Source: Verrucomicrobiaceae bacterium (GTDB lineage Bacteria; Verrucomicrobiota; Verrucomicrobiia; Verrucomicrobiales; Akkermansiaceae). From it: DNA of 64,000 bases. Location of the stretch: NCBI GenBank assembly GCA_051252135.1, contig JBPOGH010000006.1:184953-248952 (forward strand), given 5' to 3'. The notes below the pieces were generated by a model that was given only the letters and a program-made list of their open reading frames with translations, searched no databases and had not been told where the DNA came from. How positions within the stretch are numbered: position 1 is the stretch's first letter; every line of letters starts with the position of its first letter. Below, piece by piece: positions 8,831 through 18,492 of this stretch. A program made the translations under genes and the position numbers.

Positions 8831-11114
8831 AAAAATAGCAAGAGAGGTGGCAGGCTTTCTGGTGTTGGGCACGACTTTGGCTGGTGCCCTTAAGTTAAAG
8901 CCCTATCACGATTCGTATACCGGTTTCGAATTGCCGGAAGAGGTGACGATGCCAGCGAAAGAGGTTCATCCCTCATTGTGGTTCAGCGAATCTGAGATTG
9001 CTGAACTTGCGGCAAAAAAAGACACCGATACACACGCTGCGCAATTTTGGAACGAAGTGTCGACGAGCGAGTATTTGCTCGCGGAGTTGCCACCAATTCC
9101 ATCCTTGGAGGATGATAAGAAAATCGTTCACAAGTACTATGGGACTCTGACGCAAGCGGCGATGTATAATGCCTTTATGGCCTTATTTGAGACGCCGGAA
9201 AAACAGGCCTATTTGGAAAGTGCGATTGAGGCACTAGAGCGTGGTTATGCCGGGCCGCTTTACGAGCTCGACCCGATCGTCAAAGGAAGTGCTGTCGATG
9301 AGATCTATCAGGGGGTGTGGGCGCAGAATTTTGCGGCAGCCTACGACTGGGTTCAGCCCCAGCTCACCAAGGAACAGGATCAGAAAATTCGAGGTCATCT
9401 CATCAAGCACGCGGCCTATATGAACGAGCATCTGTTCTCATGGGCTTCCAGTCCTCATAATCACCTTTCCAAGCCGGCGTGGGGTCTGGGGACGATGGCG
9501 CTTCTTTTTTCAAGTGAACCGGAGGCCAAAACCTGGTTGGAAACCGCGATCAAGGCGGCTAATGCGAACACCCGGTATTTTTTCGGAGGCGACGGGATTT
9601 ACCGTGAAGGCTCGCACTACTACCTGTTTTCAAAGTTGAATTTTTTACCGTTCCTTTATCACTATCGGAACACCACGGAATACGATCCGTTTCCCGTTTT
9701 CCAGCCGGCTTTTGAGTGGCCATTGCGGATTCGTAATGGAAAGGGTTGGATGCCGAATCAAGAGGATAGCTTCATTCGTCCCTTTGCGTCGCACCTCGCT
9801 GCCTCCGCGTATAAGAAATCAGCAACTCATCTGCATTCCAGTGCACCTTTGGGAAGTCTTCTACAGTGGAACTTTTTGAACACGGATCTCGCTCCTTTCG
9901 ACGCGTCGGAAAAAGTGACAACCTTTAACTACACCGGAGCGACCTGGGATTACCCGAAGCCCTTGGTTGAGTATCTCACCTATGATCCGGACATAGATCC
10001 AATCGCTCCAAACGTTGACCCCAACCAGTTTTTGGATTCGGGGCAGACGGTCTTTCGCACCGACTGGGAAGGAGGGGGCAACGAGCACCGGTTCCTGCTT
10101 TTTCAGGGGGTTGCGGATGCAGACAATCATCAACATTTCGACCATCTCAGCTTTATCCTGTTTGCAGAAAACCAGATGATGTCCTCGGATGGTGGATACA
10201 CACGCAAGAGCTATGGTGAGGCCATGCGTAAGGAGTGGTATTTGACGGCGGAAGCCCACAATGTGGTGATGGTCGACGGGCAGGCTCCGGTTGATATTGC
10301 GCCTGGCGTTGGGCCCTACTCAACCGGACGTATGTCCGCTCCCGGGTTTACCAGTGAGCAGAAGACCGCGAGCTACAAGGAAGGGGGAACGCATTCCCGA
10401 ATCGTTTCGATGATTGAGAACGACCGGTTTGCTTTGGTTGATGTCGTGAGCCTTCCATCGGAGAAATCTGTCGAGATCGTGATGCACGGAGGTCGTGCGA
10501 CCCTGGGGGGAGACAATGTTCACAGTGTTTGGAGCTATAAAACGGATACCTACGGAACAGCGTGTTCCCTGGACCAATGGTTTTTTGGTAAGGGCTACAA
10601 GCAGGAGATCAAGGAAGGAGAGTTGACTTACATCAAAGGCGATTATGCTCCATTCCCGTATTTCGTTCAGTCGAAGAAAACAGATAGGGCTGTGGCAATG
10701 CATTTGCTGGAGCCTCGATCGGAAGATGCGGAAGCGAGAACGTACGAGTTTGTAAGGAAATCCAATGAGACCATTGTTATTCAAGCCAAGGAGGCGAACG
10801 ATTGGCACTTGTGCAATGTGGCTGACAAGTCGGTCGGAGAAGGGAGTTGGGAGACGGATGCATTATACGCCTTTATCTCTTTCGCGGATTCCGGTTTCAA
10901 AAAGGCGGGGCTGGTTGAAGCGACACGTTTTGAATCCGGAGACGGATTGGAGATTGTCATGAATGCGCCCTGCACGTTTGCGGTGGAAATGCTGGCTTCC
11001 GGTGAAGTGAGGATCGATTTTTCTGCGGAGATCAATTCCCAAGGTGTGATTCGCCGAGGTGATCGCGAGCAGCGCCTGAGGTTCCATGGTCAGGGTTCAA
11101 TCATCTTAAAATGA
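8820..11114 (+). CDS. Heparinase II/III-like polysaccharide lyase (candidate oligo-alginate lyase)
   Basis: ATG 8820 preceded by GGAGG; HNH, DGIYREGSHYY, HQHFDHLSF, AHNVVMVDG motifs of the alpha-toroid plus beta-sandwich lyases. Confidence 0.75.
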   Translation: MHVRKIAREVAGFLVLGTTLAGALKLKPYHDSYTGFELPEEVTMPAKEVHPSLWFSESEIAELAAKKDTDTHAAQFWNEVSTSEYLLAELPPIPSLEDDKKIVHKYYGTLTQAAMYNAFMALFETPEKQAYLESAIEALERGYAGPLYELDPIVKGSAVDEIYQGVWAQNFAAAYDWVQPQLTKEQDQKIRGHLIKHAAYMNEHLFSWASSPHNHLSKPAWGLGTMALLFSSEPEAKTWLETAIKAANANTRYFFGGDGIYREGSHYYLFSKLNFLPFLYHYRNTTEYDPFPVFQPAFEWPLRIRNGKGWMPNQEDSFIRPFASHLAASAYKKSATHLHSSAPLGSLLQWNFLNTDLAPFDASEKVTTFNYTGATWDYPKPLVEYLTYDPDIDPIAPNVDPNQFLDSGQTVFRTDWEGGGNEHRFLLFQGVADADNHQHFDHLSFILFAENQMMSSDGGYTRKSYGEAMRKEWYLTAEAHNVVMVDGQAPVDIAPGVGPYSTGRMSAPGFTSEQKTASYKEGGTHSRIVSMIENDRFALVDVVSLPSEKSVEIVMHGGRATLGGDNVHSVWSYKTDTYGTACSLDQWFFGKGYKQEIKEGELTYIKGDYAPFPYFVQSKKTDRAVAMHLLEPRSEDAEARTYEFVRKSNETIVIQAKEANDWHLCNVADKSVGEGSWETDALYAFISFADSGFKKAGLVEATRFESGDGLEIVMNAPCTFAVEMLASGEVRIDFSAEINSQGVIRRGDREQRLRFHGQGSIILK

Positions 11115-11932
11115 AGCTCTCCTTTACGACACTTGCCTGCCCGGACTGGAGTCTGGAGACGATTGTGCAAAAGGCCGCCGAATCCGGCTTCGATGGGGTA
11201 GACTTTCGGGGGACGGACAAGGGGTTGGATGTCACCCTGCAGGAGCAGTTTCGAAGCGGTAATGCTGCAACGAGGCGCTTGATTGAAGATCATGGACTGG
11301 TGACCTCCGGTATCAGTTCCAGTATCAGTCTGTGCGATCCTACTCGCTTTGAGGAAAATATCGAAGAAGCGAAACGGACGATCGAAGTAGCCATTGGACT
11401 AGGGGCTGCCCAAGTCCGGACCTTTGGTAATGGGGACCCGTTGGTGGATCGCAGCGAACGACTCGCTGTCGCCAAACGATGCATGGATGGAATCTTTGAT
11501 CTGGATGGAGCCTCGGAGATCGATTGGTTGCTTGAGCTGCATGACATTTGGATTTCTTCGGATGACTGCAACGCGATGCTCGATGTGGTAGGGCGCGATC
11601 GGCTGGGCATCCTCTGGGATATCGGTCATTCCACGCGGATCGGATCGGAGTCTTTCCGGGAGACCTATGCCGCGATGGGTGACTCGATTCCCTGTGTCCA
11701 CCTGAAAGACGCCGTCTATGAACCGGAGCATGAGAATGCGATGAAAGACGGTTGGCGTTATGTTTTGCCGGGCAGGGGAGAGTTGCCGATCGCTGATGCC
11801 GTTCGGTTCCTAAAAGAAAAGGAATTCGATGGTTGGTATGTTTTCGAACACGAAAAGCGTTGGCATCCGAGTATCGAAGAACCGGAAGAGGCCATTCAGG
11901 CTTATGTGAGCTGGATTCGCTCGATTGAGTAG
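11111..11932 (+). CDS. Sugar phosphate isomerase/epimerase (xylose isomerase-like TIM barrel)
   Basis: GFDGVDFR, LELHD, LWDIGH, VHLKD, FEHEKRWHP motifs. Confidence 0.85.
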   Translation: MKLSFTTLACPDWSLETIVQKAAESGFDGVDFRGTDKGLDVTLQEQFRSGNAATRRLIEDHGLVTSGISSSISLCDPTRFEENIEEAKRTIEVAIGLGAAQVRTFGNGDPLVDRSERLAVAKRCMDGIFDLDGASEIDWLLELHDIWISSDDCNAMLDVVGRDRLGILWDIGHSTRIGSESFRETYAAMGDSIPCVHLKDAVYEPEHENAMKDGWRYVLPGRGELPIADAVRFLKEKEFDGWYVFEHEKRWHPSIEEPEEAIQAYVSWIRSIE

Positions 11933-11957
11933 AGGCGGGAGAAAGCCCCGTCTACTC
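11927..11957. terminator. Imperfect hairpin between convergent genes that includes both stop codons
   Basis: GAGTAGAGGCGGG-AGAAAG-CCCCGTCTACTC; no strong U-tract. Confidence 0.4.
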
Positions 11958-13808
11958 TTCGAGAAGTTCGATCCGGTAGAATCGGTTAGGATCCGTTACT
12001 CCTGTTTCGGTGTAGCTGTCGGTTTCCCCCCCGGCGGTCTGGTCGGTGATTTCCTCCCACGAAGTGAGATCGTCGGAAGCGAAGAGAATATAGGTGGAAC
12101 CGGGTTTGGCAGCCCATTCGATGGTCACAGATCCGGCGTTGTAGCTGACATTGGTGATCATAGGGCCGGCTTCCACCGGTTCAACGGGCAACTCGATCAG
12201 GCCAATTTTGACGTTGGAGAACGTGAGTCCGTTGTCTGCTTCGCCGCCCACATTCGAGGAGCCGAAGGTGTCCGAGTTCGCCCAAACACCGAGCACGCCG
12301 AAGTTATTAGCGATGCCGCTGACGTCAGTTGCACTGTAGCTATCAAGAAGGGCTGGGCCCTTGCTCAGCGAGCCAAAAATATCCGCGCTATCCTCAGCGG
12401 TCCGTTTGACGGACATTTCGATGACATACTCCGTGTTGGGCTCAAAGGCGTATCCGGCATCACCACTGTTTCCCAGCGAAGTCCATTCACCGGTTGTTCC
12501 GAGGAAACGACCGGTCGTGTTCGGTGAGTTGTGCTCCCTGATCGTGACGTCCTCTTTGCCGAGGTCGGCTCCTGTCAAGTTGATGTCAAAGTCGAGCATG
12601 TAACCCGGGAAGTCAGTATAGAGAGGATTCGCCTCGGATGAGGACGACAACAAGTCGGCGGCCAAGCCAGGGTTGTTAAAGTCCATCAAGGCAACTTTAA
12701 ACGCACCGCTCTTACTGACACCTACAGTTGCCGGGGTCGTAAAGGTCAAGGCGGCTACCAAGGTTTCCCCAATCTCAAGGGTCTGCGGGGGAAAGGTTCC
12801 ATGCATACCACGACCGGAGGTTCCTGTGACCAGTCCCAATTCTCCGGGGCTAACCTCGACAGAGTTGCCACTTGGTGAACTGGACGACCACCAGGCCGCA
12901 TCATTTGCTTCCGTGCTCGCCCGATCTCCATCGGCGAAGCTATCGTCGATTCCCACCTTGATATTCACCTGTGGATTCAGTTCGACGGTGACATTGGAAA
13001 ACGAGATCCCGTTGTCGGCATCCCCGAAAAAATTGTTCGATCCGAAGGCGTTCGAATTTGCCCAGAATCCGAGCATTCCAATATTGTTGGCGATCCCGCT
13101 GGAATCGGTAGCGGTAAAGCTATCCAGACGAACTCCGTCCTGACTGAGGGAGCCGAAGATTTGCATGCTGTCTTCTCCGGTCCTGATGAGAGAAATGACC
13201 CCGGTATATTCGGTGTTGGCGAGGATTGAATAGTCGGCGTCGGAGCTACTTCCCAGAGATGTCCATTCCGTCGTTGTGCTCAGGAAGCGACCACTTGTGT
13301 TAGGGACATCGTGTTTTCGAATGCCGGTGTCGTCCGATGCGTCCGATTGGTTCACATCGAATTCAAGCAGGTAACCCGGGAGGCTGGTGTAAAGCGGATT
13401 GGGCTCGGAGCTACTCGATGTTAAATCGGCAGCAAGGCCTGCGTTATTGAAGTCCATCAGTGCGATCTTGAAGCCGCCACTAATGTCAGTGCCTACGGTA
13501 GCAGGGGTGGTAAAAGTAAATGTAGTAACAAGCGTATCGCCTACGGCCAACGTTTGGGGGGCAAAGGTCGCATGGATTCCGCGGCCAGAACCTCCACTAA
13601 CCAATCCCAATGATCCGGTTTCAACCTCAACGGAATTCCCGCTCGCGTTACTGGATGACCACCAGTCCGCATCCACTTCATCGGGGTTGTCTGTATTGGA
13701 GCGGTCTCCATCCAACCAATTGTCATTAACGATGATTTGGGCGCTCACTGATGATGGCACCAGTAGAATTGCAGCGGACAGGGAATAAAAGGAACGTGAT
13801 TTTTTCAT
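11952..13808 (-). CDS. Secreted protein with two tandem copies of an unassigned ~255-aa domain plus a C-terminal ~65-aa beta domain
   Basis: Signal peptide; internal duplication (DGDR..WWSSS..GNSVE..GRG.H.TF; NPLYT..PGY..FD; GRFL.TT.EW); ends W..KPG.TY...SDDL.SW...FYRI. Confidence 0.8.
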   Translation of the reverse strand: MKKSRSFYSLSAAILLVPSSVSAQIIVNDNWLDGDRSNTDNPDEVDADWWSSSNASGNSVEVETGSLGLVSGGSGRGIHATFAPQTLAVGDTLVTTFTFTTPATVGTDISGGFKIALMDFNNAGLAADLTSSSSEPNPLYTSLPGYLLEFDVNQSDASDDTGIRKHDVPNTSGRFLSTTTEWTSLGSSSDADYSILANTEYTGVISLIRTGEDSMQIFGSLSQDGVRLDSFTATDSSGIANNIGMLGFWANSNAFGSNNFFGDADNGISFSNVTVELNPQVNIKVGIDDSFADGDRASTEANDAAWWSSSSPSGNSVEVSPGELGLVTGTSGRGMHGTFPPQTLEIGETLVAALTFTTPATVGVSKSGAFKVALMDFNNPGLAADLLSSSSEANPLYTDFPGYMLDFDINLTGADLGKEDVTIREHNSPNTTGRFLGTTGEWTSLGNSGDAGYAFEPNTEYVIEMSVKRTAEDSADIFGSLSKGPALLDSYSATDVSGIANNFGVLGVWANSDTFGSSNVGGEADNGLTFSNVKIGLIELPVEPVEAGPMITNVSYNAGSVTIEWAAKPGSTYILFASDDLTSWEEITDQTAGGETDSYTETGVTDPNRFYRIELLEE

Positions 13809-14004
13809 GGGGAGTTTTTTGGTTTGCGGACTTAGGGGAATTGGGTAGTCGGCAGAAGTTAATTGATGGGGGGAACTGGAGTTTTCAGTGCAAATGATTG
13901 TTCGTTAGTTTTTGAAGGCAAGTCAAATTTTCGCCTCCGGGGAGCTTCAGACAGTGGTCTGATTTTCACCGCAGGAGGTGGCAATTGGCCTGCCCGGAAC
14001 AGCG

Positions 14005-14038
14005 GAATTCTTCAGCTCAAAGAATTCTTCAGCTCAAA
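14005..14038 (+). repeat. Perfect 17-bp tandem direct repeat (2 copies)
   Basis: GAATTCTTCAGCTCAAA at 14005-14021 and 14022-14038. Confidence 0.9.
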
Positions 14039-14209
14039 GGTTTGTCGCTTCGGATCAATCTTTTGAGGTGATCATCAGGGATCCAGTATGTCCCGGAGAT
14101 CGTCTTCACGCCGATCCAGTTTTGAGGCGGCCCCTAGCAAGTTTTCCTTAGGGGATCCCGGTTGTTCTCCGTTTTTAAAATGGGCAGGTTTTGTGTTCCT
14201 GTCCGCGAG

Positions 14210-15277
14210 TTACTCTTTCTCGATGCGGTAGAAGCGATGTCCTCCATCGATCACTTCCTCGGTGAAACTCTCCGTTTCCGCATCTGCGGTGAGGTCCGTG
14301 AGTTCTTCCCAAGTCGAGAGATCATCCGAACCGAAGACCAAATAGGTAGCGCCGATCTCGGCGTTCCATTGGATCGTTACCGACTCGGTGCCTTCGACGA
14401 TCATGTAGTCGATACTGGTGGCGATCGTTTCCACGACGACGGGAGGGTGGGGGGTCCGTTCAACGGTGACGTGGGAGAAGGTGATTCCATTGTCGGGATC
14501 GCCGGAGGAATTGGTGGAACCGAAGGTGTTGGAATTCACCCAGAATCCCAGCATGCCGATGTTGTTGGCGGTTCCGCTTTCATCGGTTACGGTATGGCTA
14601 TCCAGAAGTGTTCCTCCCTGACTAAGGGATGCGAAGATGTCCAAGGTGTCTGCCCCGGTTTTGGAAAGGGACATGACGCCGACATATTCGGTATTGGGAA
14701 GAATGGCGTAGCCTGGGTTTTCACTGCCCCCGATCAGAGACCATTCACCCGTTGTGCCAAGGAAGCGCCCGCTGGTATTTGGGGTGTCGTGCTTTCGGAT
14801 GCTTGTGTTGTCCGCATCGGTTTCGGTGTCGGTCTTGTTGACGTCAAAATCGACCATGTAACCCGGTAGGTTGGTGTAGAGCGGGTTCACATCGCTGGAG
14901 CTGGAATTCAGGTCTGCAGCCAAGCCCGGGTCGTTGAAGTCCATCAAGGCGGCCTTCAAGGCGGTTCCTCTGTTCGTCCCTACGGTGGCAGGTGTGGTGA
15001 AGGTGAAGGTCACCGTCAGGGTGTCACCGACGGCCAAGACGATGGGGGTGAAGGTTGCGTGGATTCCACGCCCCGCGGTTCCGGAGATCAGTCCAAGTTC
15101 GTTAACGTCGGCTTCGACCGAGTTTCCGCCTGCATGGTTGGATGACCACCAGTCGGCATCCAGCTCCCCGGTCTTCGCCCGATCGCCATCGGCCCAATTG
15201 TCATCGACGACGACTTGAGCTCTTATTACTGATGGTGCGAGGAGCACTGCCAAACAGAAGGGGATCGATTTATTCAT
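14210..15277 (-). CDS. Secreted paralog of 11952-13808 with one copy of the domain plus the same C-terminal domain
   Basis: Start set at ATG 15277 (MNKSIPFCLAVLLAPSVIRAQ); same conserved motifs; ends SDDLSTW...FYRIEKE. Confidence 0.8.
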   Translation of the reverse strand: MNKSIPFCLAVLLAPSVIRAQVVVDDNWADGDRAKTGELDADWWSSNHAGGNSVEADVNELGLISGTAGRGIHATFTPIVLAVGDTLTVTFTFTTPATVGTNRGTALKAALMDFNDPGLAADLNSSSSDVNPLYTNLPGYMVDFDVNKTDTETDADNTSIRKHDTPNTSGRFLGTTGEWSLIGGSENPGYAILPNTEYVGVMSLSKTGADTLDIFASLSQGGTLLDSHTVTDESGTANNIGMLGFWVNSNTFGSTNSSGDPDNGITFSHVTVERTPHPPVVVETIATSIDYMIVEGTESVTIQWNAEIGATYLVFGSDDLSTWEELTDLTADAETESFTEEVIDGGHRFYRIEKE

Positions 15278-15492
15278 GGAGTCAATTTGTTGTTGTGTGC
15301 AAATCGGGGGGGAATTCAGTCCGAGAATTTGTCCGATTCGGTACATACAGACATTTATTTCAGCCTGATGGCAAGCTCTAATTGGAGTCGTGAACAAAGG
15401 TGGAAATCGATGGTTGATTTTTGGCCCGTAGAATTGACGGGGGAGAGGGACGGGCAAACACCGATTAAGGATTGGGGACGCTGAACGAACCA

Positions 15493-16413
15493 CTAGTTTG
15501 ATCTGAAGAACCTGCGCATCAGGGTCATCGCGGCAGGCACCTCCTTGAACGGGTGTTCTTCCTCATATTCCAGGACGATGTTTCCACGATAGCGGGCATC
15601 CTGCAGGATCTTACTGACCCGACCAAGGTCCGCGTCATAGAGTCGGCCTTTTGGGGTCTTCATTTTGAATTTCAGTTGCACATTGATGGCGTAAGGAGCG
15701 CACTGCACCAGCTCGGCGTAGGGATCATCAGAAACGAAGTTTCCCGTATCAAGGTTAACGCCAAACCAGTCACTTTTGATTCCTTTGACAATCTCGACAA
15801 TGTGATTGCCGGATAAATCCCCATGGTTTTCTACGCCGATGAATACTCCGGATTTCGCGGCGTAATTGACACATTCTTGAAGTGCTTCGATGGCGTTTTC
15901 CATATGCGCCGGAGATTTTTCGAGGTCGTTTCGGGTGCCGGCAAAAAACCGGATGTGAGGAGCACCCATGATAGCCGCACGATCGATCCAGCCTTTGGCT
16001 TCTGCGATTTGGAGATCCAATTCCCCGCCTTTGGGGATTGTGAAGTTATTTCCAATTGCGGTGCCGGTAATAGGGACGCCGTTGAGGAAAGCATGTCGTT
16101 TCAGGTTCCGGTAGTAGGCTTCGTCGGCATCGGGCGGGAAGAAGTAGCTGGTGAGTTCAGCGCCGCATTGGAGGTCGGCGCAGTAGTCGATAAACTCGAA
16201 CATATCGATGGCTTTTCCCTCTTGGGGTGTCTGAGACTTTCCCTTGAAAAAAGCAAAGTGCCGTTTGAAGGCGTAGGCGGCGAGGGATAGTTTGAAAACA
16301 GGGCTCGCTGCGGTTTGCAGAGCTTCTTGCGCAAGCAGGGTTGGAGAGGCCGCGGCAGTTGCAAGAGAGCCCAAGGACATGGTCTTGAAGAAGGAACGTC
16401 GATCAGTGGTCAT
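15493..16413 (-). CDS. Tat-exported sugar phosphate isomerase/epimerase family protein
   Basis: DRRSFFK twin-arginine signal; GVENHG, NLDTGNF, LEYE motifs. Confidence 0.85.
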   Translation of the reverse strand: MTTDRRSFFKTMSLGSLATAAASPTLLAQEALQTAASPVFKLSLAAYAFKRHFAFFKGKSQTPQEGKAIDMFEFIDYCADLQCGAELTSYFFPPDADEAYYRNLKRHAFLNGVPITGTAIGNNFTIPKGGELDLQIAEAKGWIDRAAIMGAPHIRFFAGTRNDLEKSPAHMENAIEALQECVNYAAKSGVFIGVENHGDLSGNHIVEIVKGIKSDWFGVNLDTGNFVSDDPYAELVQCAPYAINVQLKFKMKTPKGRLYDADLGRVSKILQDARYRGNIVLEYEEEHPFKEVPAAMTLMRRFFRSN

Positions 16414-16416
16414 TAT

Positions 16417-18255
16417 TTAAGGGGAGGCTGTGGGGTCGCTGCTAAAGCGGATGAAAAAGTTGGAATCGTCAGGCAGGGCAATGGAATCGAAGAAGCGGAG
16501 AGTGCGGATGCCGCCGGAATCTCCGATTACCTGGCGATTGTTGGTGATGTTGCGCCAGGAGAGGAGGTCATTGGAGATTTCGACATCGATTGCGAGAGCA
16601 TCATCCATGGCAGAGTCGGTTTCAATGATGACGCTTCCCCGGTTGGAGGTGGAGATAAAGAATTCTTCGAGGATGAGCGGGGTGGGTTGATCGACGGAAC
16701 CGGGATCGGAGCCGCGCCAGATCTCGAAAACGTTGAAGTGGGAGTCGTGGTCCGGATCGGCTCCGTGGCCAATAACGTTGAGGTCTGTTTCACCGGGGAA
16801 GGGGCCGCCGGGGGAGGTGAGGGATTCGATGACGACCTCCTGATTGTTTGGAGGGGGGGCGAATCCGGAGAGGTTGACGTTATCGATGTAGACATCGTCA
16901 CCATTGCCCGAGGACTCACAGCGGAAGCGAATTTTCACGGTGGACGTAAAGTTATAGGTGGTGTTGTCGAGAGTGAGAGATGGGTTGTAGCGGGTTCCGT
17001 CATCCACGAAATCGACATCATTGACGTAAGATTTGATGGTTGTCCAAGTTGCACCGTCGTCGTTTGAGAATTCGACATGGAAAGATTCGGAGCCTTCAAA
17101 GCTTTGCACCACGTAGCTGAAATCGATCCTGAGTTGGGTGTATGGGGTGAGGTCCAGCGGGTTGGTCAATGTGGCTACCGAAGTCGAGGAGTCATCCTGA
17201 AGGGAGAAGCACTGCGAGCCGATGGCGAAATCGGGGGAGAGGGAGGCATCGCTTCCGCCACCCGTCCAGTTCCCCCAGCCGGTTTCAAAGTCATCGTTGG
17301 TCAAAGGGGACCAACCTGCCGGAGAGGGCGTCATACTGAAGGTGGCGGTTACGGACTTGTTTGCGTCCATCGTGATGGTGTCCGGGTTTTGGGTTCCGGT
17401 CAGGTCACCGCTCCAGCCGTCAAACTGCCAACCCGCATTTGGGGTCGCGGTGAGTTCTACAGCGGTGTTTTCGAGGTAAGTCCCGCCCGCTTGGTCAAGA
17501 TTTACGGTGCCTTGTCCAACGGTGTTCGTCGACAAGGTGTATTGGGTGATGTTTTCCGCCCAAGTGAGCTCGTTGAAATAGACGGTGGCTTCACCGGCGT
17601 CCTGCAGGTAGGCGCCTGCCTTCCAATAGCTCGGGAAGGTCCAGTAGGAGATATCCCTCGTGTCGAGGGTGGTCCCGTTGATGGCGATCTGCATGGTGCC
17701 CGCGTTGATCGCTACGTCGCAGTCGAAATACCCGGCGGGGGTGGGTCCCAGGTCGACATGGGTGGTGTTGTCTCCGGTGGCATCGGTCTTGATAGCCGCC
17801 CAGATGTGGTCGGTTGGGGTTTTCGCAAGGTGCCGGTAGATGCGCAACAAGGGTTTGTTCGGTCCAGGGCCGACATTGGCATCATCGTGAATTTGCAGGA
17901 TCGTTACCTGGTCGCAGGTCTGGGAGATGATCCTGACGTTTGCATGCGCGGCTTGAAAGGAGGTATGGGCGAACCAGTTTTCGAGGTATCGTAGCTCGGA
18001 TCGCATGAGGGCTCCCGTTTGGTAGAATGCCATTTTGTCGGTATCCAAAAGTTCGAACCAGCTTGAGCAATAGCCATCAATGAGCTCTTGTTTTGATGCG
18101 GCTTGAGAGCTGGTGGGAGCTTGTAATTTGCATTCGGCAATGGCCGCCTGAAACTTGGAAAGAGTGTAGGGGGAAGTGCACTGCGCAGACACCAATACCG
18201 GTCCGGCGACCATGGTCGCCAGCAGGACTATTAGGAAGGGTTTGATCGTCATCAT
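16417..18255 (-). CDS. Multimodular PL7 alginate lyase (PL7 + bacterial InlB-B-type repeat + jelly-roll module + C-terminal domain)
   Basis: PL7 motifs RSELR, QIH, YWKAGAYLQ; repeat YTLSTNTVGQGTV...GWQFDGWSGD...MDANKSVTATF. Confidence 0.85.
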   Translation of the reverse strand: MMTIKPFLIVLLATMVAGPVLVSAQCTSPYTLSKFQAAIAECKLQAPTSSQAASKQELIDGYCSSWFELLDTDKMAFYQTGALMRSELRYLENWFAHTSFQAAHANVRIISQTCDQVTILQIHDDANVGPGPNKPLLRIYRHLAKTPTDHIWAAIKTDATGDNTTHVDLGPTPAGYFDCDVAINAGTMQIAINGTTLDTRDISYWTFPSYWKAGAYLQDAGEATVYFNELTWAENITQYTLSTNTVGQGTVNLDQAGGTYLENTAVELTATPNAGWQFDGWSGDLTGTQNPDTITMDANKSVTATFSMTPSPAGWSPLTNDDFETGWGNWTGGGSDASLSPDFAIGSQCFSLQDDSSTSVATLTNPLDLTPYTQLRIDFSYVVQSFEGSESFHVEFSNDDGATWTTIKSYVNDVDFVDDGTRYNPSLTLDNTTYNFTSTVKIRFRCESSGNGDDVYIDNVNLSGFAPPPNNQEVVIESLTSPGGPFPGETDLNVIGHGADPDHDSHFNVFEIWRGSDPGSVDQPTPLILEEFFISTSNRGSVIIETDSAMDDALAIDVEISNDLLSWRNITNNRQVIGDSGGIRTLRFFDSIALPDDSNFFIRFSSDPTASP

Positions 18256-18492
18256 GCTTGAGATTTTGATGATTCAGTCGCGCCAACAGGTTGCGAAGGC
18301 GGCGTCTATTTCCCGAGCTATTTTCATCATTGGGCCAGTGGGGAAGGGAACCACTGATTTTCATTTTGGGAAGAATTAAAACCGGACAGTCTCATTTGGG
18401 GCCAGGGGAGGCGGTGTTGGGCAATTGAAGTTCTTGCGCAAAAAGGGGCAAATAGTATTCTGAATTCGCAGCTCCCTCGGGATTGCTCTCTT

